Assembly: GCA_951406725.2 (NCBI GenBank)
Contig: OX597815.1
Span: 116,622,001-116,686,000 of the forward strand
From: Octopus vulgaris
Lineage: Eukaryota
Length of the DNA stretch: 64,000 nucleotides
Reading direction: 5' to 3'
Within the stretch, counting starts at the first letter, position 1, and each line of letters opens with the position of its first letter. The position numbers and the translations under genes were made by a program. A model generated the notes under the pieces. The model did not search any database. It saw only the letters and a list, made by a program, of their open reading frames with translations, and was not told the DNA's origin. Positions 1 to 13,826 of this stretch are shown here, one piece after another.

Positions 1-258
1 CGATATTGGGACATTTCAACTCTGTTAACAGCAGCAGCAGTAGCAGTAGCTGTACTACAACACTGCAACTGTTTCATTAGATGCAATGTTGCTACACACC
101 TGGCTGCATGGTCAAGATTTTTCACTTTGCAACCACATGGTTTCATGCTCGATTTCATTGTGTGACACCCTGTAGTCTGAAGTTGGAGTGAAATTTGATA
201 AACAGAAAGTATTTGCAGGCCAGTTGTGTGCATGTGTGTGTGTGTGGGGGGGGGGGGT

Positions 259-290
<32 letters not shown>

Positions 291-2885
291 GAGTGTATCC
301 ATTTGCCTCTGCATTGACACCGTTTGGGCAGCAGTGATGTTTTTTCTCTTTGTCCTGCATAAGTAATACATCTAGCAGTTATGCAGTTTGATGTATGAAC
401 ACCATTGGAATAATGTATCTTGTTTGAAAACAATGTAACAGTTAGTGTCAGCAGTAGAATATAGCTTTAAATTCTCATTCAACCCATGCCAGCATAAAAA
501 AAAGTGTTAAAAAACATTGATGATGATGATGATGATGATGACGATGATGATGATGATGATGATGAGGATGATGATGATGATGATGATGAGGATGAGGATG
601 AGGATGATGATGATGAGGATGAGGATGAGGATGATGAGGATGATGAGGATGATGAGGATTGATGACAGATAATGATGAACGATGCTGATGAGGATGGTGA
701 TTGATGATGTTGATGATGAGATCAACTCTTCATATAATTATAGTTTAAAGAAGGATGATCTCTTCAAACAATACCTACAATTTGTCTTCAACATGTTACA
801 TAATCCACTGAATTATGGAACTTGCTATAATGAACACACATCAAAGTGTAGTGACAAGCTCCCAGAAAGTCAAAATCTGAAACAAAAGTTAAATTCGCAA
901 TTGAGCTGCGTTCACCTCCACTTAAATTCTCACACCAACATCTTTTGGCTGTGGTTAATGACTTTGAGGTGGGGGGTGTCAACTGATTACCCTCAAAGCA
1001 TTGCATGAAGGTGAAGCCTTCAATTACAAACCAATAACTTATTAAGGGTTACATAACTTTTATTTTTAATAGCTAGCACCATAGATCTGAGAAGTGCTAA
1101 TACACGGACTTGAGAATAGCAATTCTATATGTTTACTTGTTATTATTTTTTATACTTACAATGTTCTTGTAAAAGAGGTAAAAGTTATTCTTGGAAAGAC
1201 ACAAAGTGAAGATTTCAATATATTTTCTCAGTTGGTGGTGAGAAAAAAGAAGTATATGCTAAACTTAACTTCCTATATCAAATTTATTGTGTTAGTGCAA
1301 TTTTTTTATGTGAAGTTGTATCAATTCAAAGCTTAGATTAATAAATGAGTTTTGTTTATTTTTATACTAAGATTATTTTGTTATTTTTACTTGTTTAATG
1401 TATATATTGTAAGTAGCTTATGTCAAATTCCACTTCATTAAGTAGAAAAATACATATTTCTTCTTGGTTGCATCCTGAACATGTTACAAATTAGTCTTGC
1501 AGATTATAACTGTTACTGATTTCATTGACCTGGAAGGACTCACTAGCTTTCATAGAATTGGAGCAATTTAATATTAAGTAATGATTCAACAGATATCATG
1601 TCCATTGTTCTTGTTGACTACACTGAGTCAACTTTTTCATGTCTGTGGATGCAAATATTGCATATAGATTCATAATAACCCTTTTGTTACCATATTTCTG
1701 TTGAAATACACTGTCTTTATTTCAGTTAATTTTTAAATAATGAAGAATTTATTAAAGCAACTTTACCATTGTTTCAGACATGAATTAATTTGAAATTTTA
1801 ATGAAAAATTTTAATTTAGACACTTTGAAGCAGAAAGTTTTAGATGGGTTGATTTTAGGTGGGCTAGTATCATAAGGGCTTAAAGATTAAGAAAGAATTT
1901 CAGAGCCAAAAACAAATTTCATTCTTAGACATTCAGTTATCATTCTAGTGAGAAGTTAGGAAAATCAAAGAAATGAATACAAACTTCATTTCTTAATTCT
2001 CCTATTTTGATGGATATTTTGTTTGTCTCTTCTTTTATTCTTACAATGCCGTTTTAATTCTAATTTCATTAAATTACTCAAAGCAGTCCCCTTTTTATCA
2101 TTTCATTACTCATTGCTTCTTTTTCTTGCCCATCACCAAAACCACCACCACCAGTAGAAATAGGTGTGGTTTCTTACTGGTGTGGACAATTCAAATAAGT
2201 AAACAATTCAGCTTGCCTATTAAAGGTTTTATGGGGTTTCCATGAGCATCCCTATGAAATCTCCCTCTTTTGAGGAATTTTCATTTTTACTGTTTACATA
2301 TTTCTGTTTATGTAACCCTGCATTATTTTGTCCTGTACTGCCCCAATGTTTTTGTGAGTATTTAATAGTAAATAAAGAAAGCATTACTATTAACCAACTA
2401 GTTAATAAACCAATTAACTATTTATTTGCTGGATATATCATTAGACCAATCAATCAATCAATGAGTTTTGTTTGTCTAAGTCCTAACCAGAGAGGTGTTT
2501 ATATTGGCAAAAATGATCCTCCCAAGCTATAACAACATCTGTTTCAACACATGATTTTGCATCAAGAATCTTGCAAAACAAATACAAAAACGAAATTTAC
2601 CTTGTTTTCCCTTCATTTCTTTTTGCACCGTGTTACTTAAAACACTTCCTTAACATCTATAACTGACTTCCTAATTTTGTTGACTTAGCATTCAACTTAT
2701 AATATCTGTATTCCTCATTAATCAATCCTCTTGATGTATATATAATTCACTTGGAGCTCTCAGGTAGAACATCGTTATAGTTATATTTCTCCATATCATT
2801 AATTCTCTTGCTTTTGAAGACTCCTTAATAATTTTCCTATACTACAGAATTTGGACAAAATCACCAAGTATTATATATACATACA

Positions 2886-2916
<31 letters not shown>

Positions 2917-3191
2917 TATCTTTTATCTTTTACTTGTTTCAGTCATTAGACTAAGGCCATGTTGGGGCACTGCCTTGGAAACTTTTAGTCATATGAATCA
3001 ACCCCAGTACTTATTTTTTTAAGCCTGGTATTTATTTTATCAGTCTCTTTTGCTAAACTGCTAAGTTATGGGGGCGTAAGCACTAACACATCAAGCAATG
3101 AAGGGGGACAAATACAGACACAATGACACACACATACACACACACACATGCAAGTGTGCACATGTACACACACACACATGCACACACACAT

Positions 3192-3238
<47 letters not shown>

Positions 3239-3574
3239 ATGGGCTTCTTTCAGTTCTTGCTTATGAAATCCACTCACAAAGCTTTGGTTGGCCTGAGGCT
3301 ATAGTAAAAGACTCTTGCCCAAGGTACCATGCAGTTGGACTAAACCTGAAGCCAAGTGTTTGGGAAGCAAACTTCTGATATAAATTTGTATGTATGTATG
3401 TATGTATGTATGTATGTATGTATGTATGTATGTATGTATGTATGTATGTATGTATGTATGTATGTGTGTGTGTGTGTGTGTGTGTGTATGTATGCATGCA
3501 TGCATGTATGTATGTATGTATGTATGTATGTATGTACGTATGTATGTATGTATGTATGTATGTATGAATGTCTG

Positions 3575-4037
3575 TATGTAATGTCATTATTCAGTTTTAT
3601 TTCAAGATTTCTTGCCAATAAAAAATATGTCAGTTACAAACCTAGCTTCAAGGCTCCTTCAGAGGAATTTTAACAACATCAATGGGGTATTTTTGCATGT
3701 GTGTATATCTGCAGTATTTGAAGTCAGTGCATGTGCAAATTTGTATATTTTCTTTTATTTATGTATCTCCTGCATATAGTTGCATGTCTAAACATGTACA
3801 GTGTGTACTTTAGATAGACTTTTGGAAAGTTTTACAGATTTTTACAGTTCCAGTGATGGCTTGGATTGGTAGTCTTTGAATTAGCTTTCTCCTTTCTGGT
3901 TTTGAGAGGCCTAATTTCTCAAGATTGGTATTTAGGCAGTGTGTTACATATCCCTGTGTGCCAATAATTACAGGTATAAACCTGAACTTATAATCTGGGT
4001 AGAATTGCTGTAGATTTCTCAATAGTTCAGGTTAGGT
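3575..4037 (-). mobile_element. 5'-truncated RLE non-LTR retrotransposon (R4/Dong-like) 3' end embedded in (TACA)n
   Basis: ELLRNLQQFYPDYKFRFIPVIIGTQGYV...AITGTVKICKTF is a C-terminus typical of RLE LINEs. The 3' UTR has AATAAA running into (TACA)n, and the 5' junction is also in (TACA)n. Confidence 0.7.
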
Positions 4038-4124
4038 GTATGTATGTATGTATGTGCACATTTTTATGTATATACATATATACATACATGTATACATGTA
4101 TATGTGTATGCACATATGTATGTA

Positions 4125-4348
4125 CAATAATCCTTTGACTATCGCGGGTGTTATGTTCCAAAACCACCCCATGGTAGGTGAAAATCCACGAAGTAGAAAC
4201 AGTTCTGTACTGTATTTTTTTTTATTATTTTAATAATTTGTATATATTTATTTTATTATAAATGCAAAACAACACCATGGAGGAATTGATATAAGCTTAA
4301 AAAAAAATATCCATGATAGGTGAACCACAATATGGTGAGGGATTACTG
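4125..4348. mobile_element. Tigger/pogo-like MITE
   Basis: TA|CAATAATCCTT...AGGGATTACTG|TA termini. Confidence 0.65.
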
Positions 4349-5473
4349 TACATATAGGCATACACATGTATGTGTGTCTATGCATGTATGTATGTGAGAT
4401 ATGAACGGTCAGTTGGGAAAGCAAAGCTTGTCATCATCACCAATGGAGGAAATGAGTAGATGAAAGAGTAGGTATCTTTGAAGGAACCTGAATTTGAGCA
4501 AGCTACATGAAAACACACATTGCCAGTGTGGTGAATGGAGGATGTTTTGTTTGCAATATTGGTGGACGTCTAAGGCGGCAAGCTAGCAGAAATGTTAGTA
4601 CACCGCGCAAAATGCTAAGCAGTATTTCATCTGTCTTTACATTCTGAGTTCAAATTCTGCCAAGCTAGACTTTGCCTTTCATCCTTTTGGGATCGACAAG
4701 CTAAGTACCAGTTGTGTACTGGGCTCAATCTAATCAACTGACTTCCTCCCCCAAAATTTCGGGCCTTGTGTCAAAAATAGAAAAAATATTGGTGGATATG
4801 TATGTCTATCAAGACCTGGGCCCATTAGTCACCAGTGGAGCTATAAATGTAAAGCAAAATTTTGCCTGAGCACACTATGCTCTTAATGGTCTTCCTCAGT
4901 CACAAGTGGACAACCATCATCATTATATGTATGTGTGTGTGTGTGTTAGTGTATATACACACACATATATAGTCCCACTGTGTGGCACCTTGAGCAAGTA
5001 TCTTCTACTATAGTTCGGACCAACAAATCCTTGTGAATGGATTTAGTAGATGGAAACTGAAAGAAGCCTGTCATGTGTGTGTGTGTGTGTGAGTGTGTTT
5101 GTCCCCCACCACCAATTGACAACTGGTGCTGTGTATTTACATCCTTGTTGCTTAGTGGTTTGCCAAAAGAGACCAATAGAAAAAGTACTAGGCTTAAAAA
5201 AATAAATAAGTCCTTGGGTCAAATTGTTCAACTAAACCTCTTCAAGGCAGTGCCCCAGCATGGCCACAGTCAAATGATTGAAACAAGTAAAAGATAAAAG
5301 AAACAAGCTGCATGAAAACACTGGCAATGTGTTTTCATGTAGCTTGCTCAAATTCAGCATTCAAAATTCAGGTTCCTTCAAAGATGCTTACTCTTTCATC
5401 TATGTGTGTGCATACACACATACATGTATGTGTGTGCATACACACATGCATGTATGTATATACATAAAAATGT

Positions 5474-5746
5474 ACACATACATACATACATACATACATA
5501 CATACATACATACATACATACATACATGCATGCATGCATACATCCATCCATCCATCAATCCATCCATACATACATACATACATGCATGCATCCATCCATC
5601 CATCCATCCATACATGCATGCATGCATGCATACATCCATCCATCCATCCATCCATCTCCATCCATCCATCCATCCATCCATCCATGCATACATACATACA
5701 TACATACATACATACATACATACATACATACATAATACATACATAC
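5474..5746 (+). repeat. (TACA)n/(CATC)n/(CATG)n compound tetranucleotide microsatellite
   Basis: Seen directly. Other (TACA/TGTA)n arrays at 3388-3565, 27250-27345, 51988-52122, 55928-56130 and 56330-56410. Confidence 0.95.
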
Positions 5747-5800
5747 ACCTAACCTGAACTATTGAGAAATCTACAGCTATTCTACCCAGATTATAAGTTT
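5747..5800 (+). mobile_element. Short fragment of the same RLE LINE
   Basis: ACCTAACCTGAACTATTGAGAAATCTACAGCTATTCTACCCAGATTATAAGTT is the reverse complement of about 3985-4037. It is preceded by (TACA)n. Confidence 0.7.
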
Positions 5801-6573
5801 AACAAAAAGAAAAAGAAGAAATTCCCTCACACTCCCTAGAGCCCCATAGATTAAAGGTACTAAATAAGATTTTCAATTATTTCTATCAAAACAATTGAAT
5901 ACCAAGAAATTCTTTACATTGTTATCGACTCCTTCACAGATGCTACGAAATTCAACCTCCAAAGATATTTAAATAGGTATTCTCAATATAGCTATCTCAT
6001 TTTTTTCACTGTTCAACACTTGCTTAAAACAATTTCACTTAACTACTAAATCATTACATATATTAGATGAAATTTTAAGGGAAGAAACCTGGCTAACCAC
6101 AATAGGAAATAGTGGGCGAAAAAATAGTGAAAATAAACCAAAAGAAAAAAACCTATTTGACATTCTTCTTTTGTTATCCTCTCATCAAAAATACTCACAC
6201 ATCATTTGAGAATAAAAATAGCTGATAGTTGGCCAATTACTCCAGAATAAGAAGATAATGCTATATTTAAATATCTGTTACCACAGCATACCCAGCACAG
6301 TTTCTCATTAAAAATAAAATGAAATAACAGTCTCAATAAACAAATCCACTGCTTCATAAAACATATTAGAGAACATCCGCTTCTTTCCTTTATAACACCC
6401 ATTAACATATTACACAATGCTCTCAACATTATATTCAACCTATATTGAAGACATAAGGTAAAAAAAAAAACGAAAAAGAAAAGTAAAACCTAAAAGAAAA
6501 TTCATGCTAAAATTGTATTTGATGAGAATAAGTTCATCAGATTTGCCTGTGCCTTTGGTAATCCCATCTGAGC

Positions 6574-6735
6574 CACTAGCGTAGCTAGGAGCAGTAGGGA
6601 CAGTCCACCCCGGGAAGCTCTTTTAAAGGGGCACCACTTTTGGGTCTGCTGTAAGCAATATGTGTTTTTTGTGGGGTCCAGGGGCAGCAAGCAGAAGGGC
6701 CGCCCCAGGTAACACAGACTCTAGCTACACTAGTG
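6574..6735. mobile_element. hAT-type MITE (162 bp)
   Basis: TIRs CACTAGCGTAGCTAG / CTAGCTACACTAGTG. Perfect 8-bp TSD ATCTGAGC at 6566-6573 and 6736-6743. Confidence 0.9.
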
Positions 6736-7042
6736 ATCTGAGCCCTTACTTTTTCTATCAAAGCCAATAACGCAAAGCTTCTTAGCTTCTGTCTTTCAAT
6801 CTTTTATCTTTTGCCTTTTACTTGCTTCTGTCATTGATCTGTGGCCACTCTGTGGCACTGCCTTCAATGTTTAGTCAAACAGATTGACACCCTTAATTAG
6901 TTTTAAGTCTGGTACTTGTTCTATCATTCTCTTTTGCTGAGCCACTAATTTTCAGGGACAAGGGACATAAACAAACCAACAACGATGGTTAAGTGGTGGA
7001 GTGGGTGATGGCAATAAACACAACCACAAACACACGTGCACA

Positions 7043-7078
<36 letters not shown>

Positions 7079-7276
7079 GGGCATCCACATAGTTTCTGTC
7101 TTGTAAATTCACTCACAAGGCATTGGTCAGTCTAGGGTTATAGTAATAGACACTTGATCAACTAGCGTCGCTAGAGTGTGTGCCACCCAGGGCGGCCCTT
7201 CCATTTTCCACCCCCCGACCTCACAAAAAACACAAGGCATTGGTCAGTCTGGGGTTATAGTAAGAGACACTTGATT

Positions 7277-7445
7277 CCCTAGCGTAGCTAGAGTGTGTGC
7301 CATGCAGGGCAACCCTTCCATTTGCCACCCCTGGACCTCACAAAAAACACATATTGCCTACAGCAGAACCAAAAGTGGTTCCCCTTTAAAAGTGCTGCCC
7401 AGGGCAGACTACCCCTACCATCCTCCGCCACTAGCTACACTAGTG
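7277..7445. mobile_element. Second copy of the same hAT MITE, opposite orientation, inserted in a SINE
   Basis: Same TIRs. 8-bp TSD ACTTGATT/ACTTGATC. Confidence 0.85.
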
Positions 7446-9474
7446 ACTTGATCAAGACCCAAGATACTGGGCTGTGAGACTGAACCTGAAACTTTGTGAT
7501 TGCAAAAAAAGCTTCACACAGCCATGCCCGCACCTCAAAATACATCTGTTCAAAAAGCACAGAAACATGCAACCATATGTCGGATTTATATGTAACATTT
7601 ACCCCTACACTTATTCACCTCTCACTACATTAACCTTCAACATATATTTGACCATCTATCTATGCTTCTATCTATCTTTCACTCTCCCCTCGCACTCTGG
7701 TTACCTAACCCATCCCTGCTGATTTTCCTGCTTACATACACTCTTGTATTCATCTTCATGGATATTTTTGTAACATTGCAGATATTAGATAGACAAAACT
7801 GAATAAATAACTAGACAAAAATATGATTCCACTCCTTGATATCTTGGTTGTAGTTGGTATTAGGAGAATAATTCTGCTAGACAGTACTGAAAAGAAGACT
7901 TGGTCACTGGAAAAATACTCGTAGAAAGAGTCTGACTTCTTTTATAGAAAAAAGAAAAAAAGCATCATTTCCTTATAGATGCAGGCACAGCTGTGTGGTA
8001 AGAAGTTTGCTTTCAAACCACATGATTCTGGTTCAGTCCCTTTATGTGGCATCTTGGGAAAGTGTCTTCTACTATAGCCATGGGCTGATCAAAGCCTTAT
8101 GAGTGGATCTGGTTGACTGAAATCGAAAGAAACCTGTTGTGTGTGTGTGTGTGTATGTCTTTATAGCTGTGTTTGTCCCCCATCTCTACATGACAACTGG
8201 TGTTGGTGTGTTTACCTCCCTGTGACTTAGTAGTGTAACAAAAGAGACTGATCAAATAAGTACCAGGCTTTAAAAAAATAAGTACTATAGTTGATTCATC
8301 TGACTAAAACTTTTCAAGGTGGTGCCCCAGCATGGCCACAGTTCAATGAGTGAAACAAGTAAAAGGTAAAAGAAAGATATGTTTACTTTAATAAGTTCCC
8401 TGGTAACTGCCCATTAATTGCACATAGACTAGTCCAAGTATATTAAATGTAGACTTGTTCGCATTGGCAAGGGGAAAAAACAATGCATCTATTTTCTACT
8501 GGTTCACAAACTCTTCAGCTAGAATACTGTGCTCTTAACAGAAATGCCATATTGAGAGTATGTTCTGGTACCTCATCACATTTACCTCTCTTTGTGGCAC
8601 CACACCATCTCCCCATACCACCCATGAATCCTCTCCACAACGAACCAGTTGTTGATCCTTCCTTCATACATTAACTTCTCAGTATTTCACATAAAGCAAG
8701 AATGCTATCTATCTTCTGCTCTCTCTCTCTTTCTCATGCAAGGGAATTCTTTAATCTTGCAAATTATTAGGCAACCTCACTAGTGATGGTGCCATGAAAA
8801 ATATGTCCAATACATTCCATAAAGTGGATGACATTTGGATGGGCATTTAGCTGTAGAAACCAAGCTAAAATTAGGATACTGGAACCAAGTGTGATCCCAT
8901 GATTCATTGGATCCCATCTAATTGTCCCACCCATGCCAGAATGGAAAGCAGACATAAAAATGAAGATGAAGATGATGATGATGAGGAGGAGAAAGTGGGA
9001 GAGAAGAGGGAGGAGAAAAGGAGGTAGGAAGAGGTGGAGAATGGTGGTGGAGATGATGATATTGTTATTCTGTTGGCATCGGCTGTTCAACTCATCTCCA
9101 AGAAATCAAGGGAGATATACATAATCATTAAAGGGTATCATCTTGGAATTCTACCTGTTTTTATCTACTACCAATTTACTTGGGAATTCTACCTTTTCTT
9201 ATCAATCATCTATTTACCTGGGAGTTCCACTTTTTCCAAAATATCATTAATCTACCTGGAAATTCTGCCTTTTGTTATCTAGCAATAATTTAAGTTCTGA
9301 AAAAATTCAGATCTAAAGGTAATTCATTTTCAGTGATGATTCACAAATGGTTCATATCTTTAGATAATCATGGTAAGTTGAAATTGGTTGCAATCCTCTG
9401 AAAGAATATTCTATTAAAATTGTTGGAATCCGAAACTTCTTCATTGGTTATAAGCGGACGTAAAATGATATTAA

Positions 9475-9572
9475 TGATGATGATAACAACAATGACGACG
9501 ATGACGATGATGATGAAGATGATAAAGATGATGACGATGATGATGATGATGATGATGATAATGATGATGATA

Positions 9573-9619
<47 letters not shown>

Positions 9620-9620
9620 A

Positions 9621-9661
<41 letters not shown>

Positions 9662-9797
9662 AATGATGATGATGATGACGACGACGACGATGATGACAAT
9701 GACAATGATAACAACAATGATGACAATGATGATGATGATGACATTGATGATATAATGATGATGATGATGATGACAACGACAACGACAATGATGATGA
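9475..9797 (+). repeat. (GAT)n trinucleotide microsatellite, compound
   Basis: Seen directly. Similar arrays at 518-720, 51388-51425 and 55437-55497. Confidence 0.97.
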
Positions 9798-11589
9798 CTG
9801 ACAATAGTTTCCTTTCACTACTTCCCATCATCAACATTAACATATCCCATGACTTAGCAGTTTGGCAAAAGAAACTGACAGAATAAGTGCTACACTTAAA
9901 AAAAAACATAAGTACAAAGATTGATTCATTTGACAGGCTTACTTTATTAATTAATATTGTAATGATCATTTATTTCCATGGATATACTTACACATGGTAA
10001 ATATCCAATTTGATAGAACATGCTCAGAGTGTCACATTGCATCCTGCAAAACCAGAAACTCCATTAAGGAATATTATCATCTATTCTTTTTCTTTGTTTC
10101 GGTCATTGTACTGTGGCCATGCTGGGCCACCAAGTGTTTAGGGAAACAAATCAGCCCAAGTATCTTTTTTAAGTCTGAAATTATTTCATTGGTCTCTTTT
10201 GCTAAACTGCTAAGTTATGGGGACATGAACATCGATAGTGGTTGTCAGGTGGTGAAGGAACAAATAAGCACACTCACACACACACACACACAGATGTAGG
10301 CATGTGATAAGATTCCATTTAGTCTCCGTCTTCTAAATTCACTCAAAAGGCATTGGTCAGCCCTGGTGGATAAGAGAAGACACTTACCCAAGGTAGCATG
10401 CAGTGGAGCTGAATCCAAAACTACGAGGTTGTAAAACAAGTTACTTAACCACAAAGCTATGCCTGCATCTATATTTAAGAATAACTTCATATTTTTATTG
10501 CTCTTAAAGTTCTCTGTGATTGATGAGCAGAAGTCATCCTCAGATCAAAGAACTGGCCTGAAGGCTTGTAATGGAGCAAACTCTGCTAAAAGTATCCATG
10601 GACCAGGCAGTGGTGTCAAAGCAATTAACAAATTAAGCCGACCACCCAAATCTGTATATTATTCTTTAATATTCAACTTACTTCCAGCTATAGATTTGTT
10701 CAAGAACTTACTAGAGTGGCTTTGTCTCCATCAGAAATTATTACTGTTTGCTTATTGCCCTGCATCCTTGTAATCCTTCCGCAAGCCACCTTTCACATAG
10801 TCTACATTTACTGTCAGAATCTTACTATGAAGTTTGTCTTCATAAACCTTACACCAGACACAACAAGCAGTTCTTGATCTTAGGAACAGCTGTCCTATTT
10901 ACTTTCCCTTCCCCACCCAACATTCATGCAACATACTAACTGCCAATTCTTCAAGCTCATTAATTCTGTATATGAAAACATATTTAGTCTTGCTGTAAAG
11001 TAATTTTTAAGATACAAACCCTAAGTTAAAGAAAATGCACATGTTAGCTTAGAGTTTGACCTTAAAAGTTATTTACAGCAAGATGAAATATGTTTTTATA
11101 TATAGAATTAATTATATGTGCTGCCTCAAATAACTTTTGTCTTTAAGTTCAGTTATAACTAATTACAATCATTCTATTTTTTATTACTGATATGAATGAA
11201 CATTACCCCAAATCTCACTGTTTTGGTGTAATGACTTTCCTTTCTTAACTAAATGATAAAAGATAAGTTATCACTTATGCAAGTTTTTAGCTTCTTATAG
11301 ATTGTTATCCATTTAGAAATTTTTTGTCCTTGAATTAAAACAATTTTCAGTAATTATACTTTTCACTAATTATGCTAAAAAGTATTATTACCAGTAATTA
11401 TTCTATTCAGACAATAATAGCTACCTGTTTCTTTTTCAACAAATATGTGTGTGTGTGTGTGTGTGTGTTTGTGTGTACGTGTGTGTGCATGCATGGGGTG
11501 TGCACATGAGTGTGTGTGTGCATGCATGTGAATATGTGCATAATGTGCATATATATGCATGTGTGTGTGTGAGTGTGTGTATGTGTATA

Positions 11590-11927
11590 AGAAGAACACA
11601 AGTGGGGTCCAAAACTCACAACAGCTGTTTCAGCAGTATTTTATTGAAGCATTCTTAGATTACATCATAGCAAAAGCCCACCATCATCAGAAAATCTTAA
11701 ATACATAAACAGGTAAGATAGATACAGAAGATGACCAGTTCACCAACACCCTTGGTAGAGCAAGTGACTTGTAGTTGGTGAGTAGGTCACCTGTTTCTAC
11801 TTTACCTGTTTATGTATTTAAATTTTACCTAATGATGGTGGGGTTTTGCTATGATGTAATCTAAAAATGAATCAATAAAATGCTGCTGAAACAGCTGTTG
11901 TGAGGTTTGAACTTCACTTGTGTTCTT
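11590..11927. repeat. ~340-bp fold-back (inverted Penelope-like terminal repeats), each arm with a hammerhead-like motif
   Basis: 11590-11748 is the imperfect reverse complement of 11772-11927. Confidence 0.8.
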
Positions 11928-12025
11928 TTATACATAAACCACATCTGGAATTAACCCAGGGTTAGATCTATGGTTTATATTAGATTTAATATTTATGTAT
12001 ATGTAGATAGATGTGTGTGTATGTA

Positions 12026-12126
<101 letters not shown>

Positions 12127-12255
12127 ATACTTATACTATAATCCTGACAAATGACAAAAATGAGTTACTTTAACTTACTGAAAGCTTGACACTAAATACC
12201 CAGCCATTCCTGGCACCCTACAGGTTAATAAACTTATATTCTAAAGAATATATTC

Positions 12256-12470
12256 AAGGCAGCAAGCTGGCAGAAACGTTAGTACACTGGGTGAAATACT
12301 TAACGATATTTCATCTGTCTTTGCATTCTGAGTTCAAATTCTGTCAAGGCCGACTTTGTCTTTCATCCTTTCAGGATTGATAAATTAAGTACCAGTTGCG
12401 TACTGAGGTTGACCTAATCGACTGGCTCCCTGCCCAAAAATGTTGGGCCTTGTGCCTAGAGTAGAAAAGT
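12256..12470 (+). mobile_element. SINE family B (~210 bp; Meta-domain-like core)
   Basis: AAGGCAGCAAGCTGGCAGAAACGTTAG head, GAGTTCAAATTC B-box-like, and core CTTTCATCCTTTCAGGATTGATAAATTAAGTACCAG resembling the MetaSINE domain. Other copies at about 4571-4790(+), 18490-18910(+, tandem pair), 41527-41740(+), 47300-47512(-) and 57575-57792(-). Confidence 0.78.
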
Positions 12471-13370
12471 ATATTCTAAAGAATCTATAGTTGGATGCCT
12501 TTCCTGTCACCAACCCCCAACTGTTTTCCAAGTTAATTAATAACCTCCTAGTCTGTTGAACATTTTTATACAAAGAACTGAAAACACATGATATCATATC
12601 AATTAGCCTCTTGTTTACAAAATTGCACAACATATGAAAACATATCAACTAGCCCAGACATGCTCTCATCATGGACTACAAGCAAATGACATCACCAGCA
12701 ATGCTATTATTTACAACTAGTGAGTGAACACATGTGGATTAGAGGGAAATATAAACTCATTTGCATGAAAACACACACATGCACATAATCGGCCCTGTTC
12801 AGTTTCTGTCAACCAAATCTTCTCACAAGGCTTTGGTCTGTCTTGGGCTGTAGTAGAAAGATACTTCTTTAAGCTGCCATGCAGTTGGAGTGAACCTCAG
12901 ACCATGTGATTGGAAAGCAAATTTCACAAATTTGGGAACGCTTGCACCTTGTAAGCTGATAATGTATTTTGTATTAAAATCACTAAATAGAAGAAAATAT
13001 AATTCTTTCTGATATTGGTACAAGGTCAACAATTTGGGGGAAGAGAGTGTTAGTCAATTACTTTGACCCCAATGCTCAACTGGCACATATTTTATCAACC
13101 CCAAAAGGATGAAAGGTAAAGATGACTTTACTCAAATTTGAACTTACAACACAAGGAGCTCCAAGAAGTGCTGCTGACAATTTCTCTAACATGCTAATGG
13201 TTCTGCCAGCTTTTTGCTGGAGAAGAACATATAGTGGAAGAATAAACATAGATCCATAAACAAATATTTATCTTGAAAATCTAGGAAATATATAAAATCA
13301 ATTCCAGTAATTGACTGGAACCATAAAAAGGCAAAATCATTCCTACATAGTGGGATTTTAATATAGATTA

Positions 13371-13417
<47 letters not shown>

Positions 13418-13422
<5 letters not shown>

Positions 13423-13826
13423 CAGGAGTGGCTGTGTGATAAGTAGCGTGCTTCCCAACCACATGGTTCTGGGTTCTGTCCTACTGCGTGGCACCTTCGG
13501 CAAGTGTCTTCTGCTATAGCCTTGGGCCGACCAAAACCTTGTGAGAGGACTTTGTAGATGGAAACTGAAAGAAACCCGTTGTGTATATGTATATGTATAT
13601 ATATGTGTGTGTGTGTGTGTGCGTGTGTGTGTGTGTGTGTGTCTGTGTCTGTGTTTGCCCACCCAACATCACTTGACAACCAATGCTGGTGTGTAACTTA
13701 GCGGTTCAGCAAAAGAGACTGATAGAATAAGTACTAGGCTTACAAAGAATGAGTCCTGGGTTCAATTTGCTTGACTAAAGGTGGTGCTCCAGCATGGCAA
13801 CAGTCAAATGACTGAAAGAAGTAAAA
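13418..13826 (+). mobile_element. SINE family A copy
   Basis: Same head, core and tail. Further + copies at about 4970-5300, 7977-8375, 23686-24148, 34725-35525, 43795-44200 and 57795-58280. Confidence 0.82.

Noticed and set aside
5925-5965. FTDA-encoding stretch as candidate upstream hemicentin exon
   Set aside because: The surrounding residues do not match YVFTDARSKDY, and there are no suitable splice sites.
9420-9969. Poly-Met, poly-Ser and poly-His ORFs up to 173 aa
   Set aside because: They are translations of a (GAT)n microsatellite, with no splice or codon evidence.
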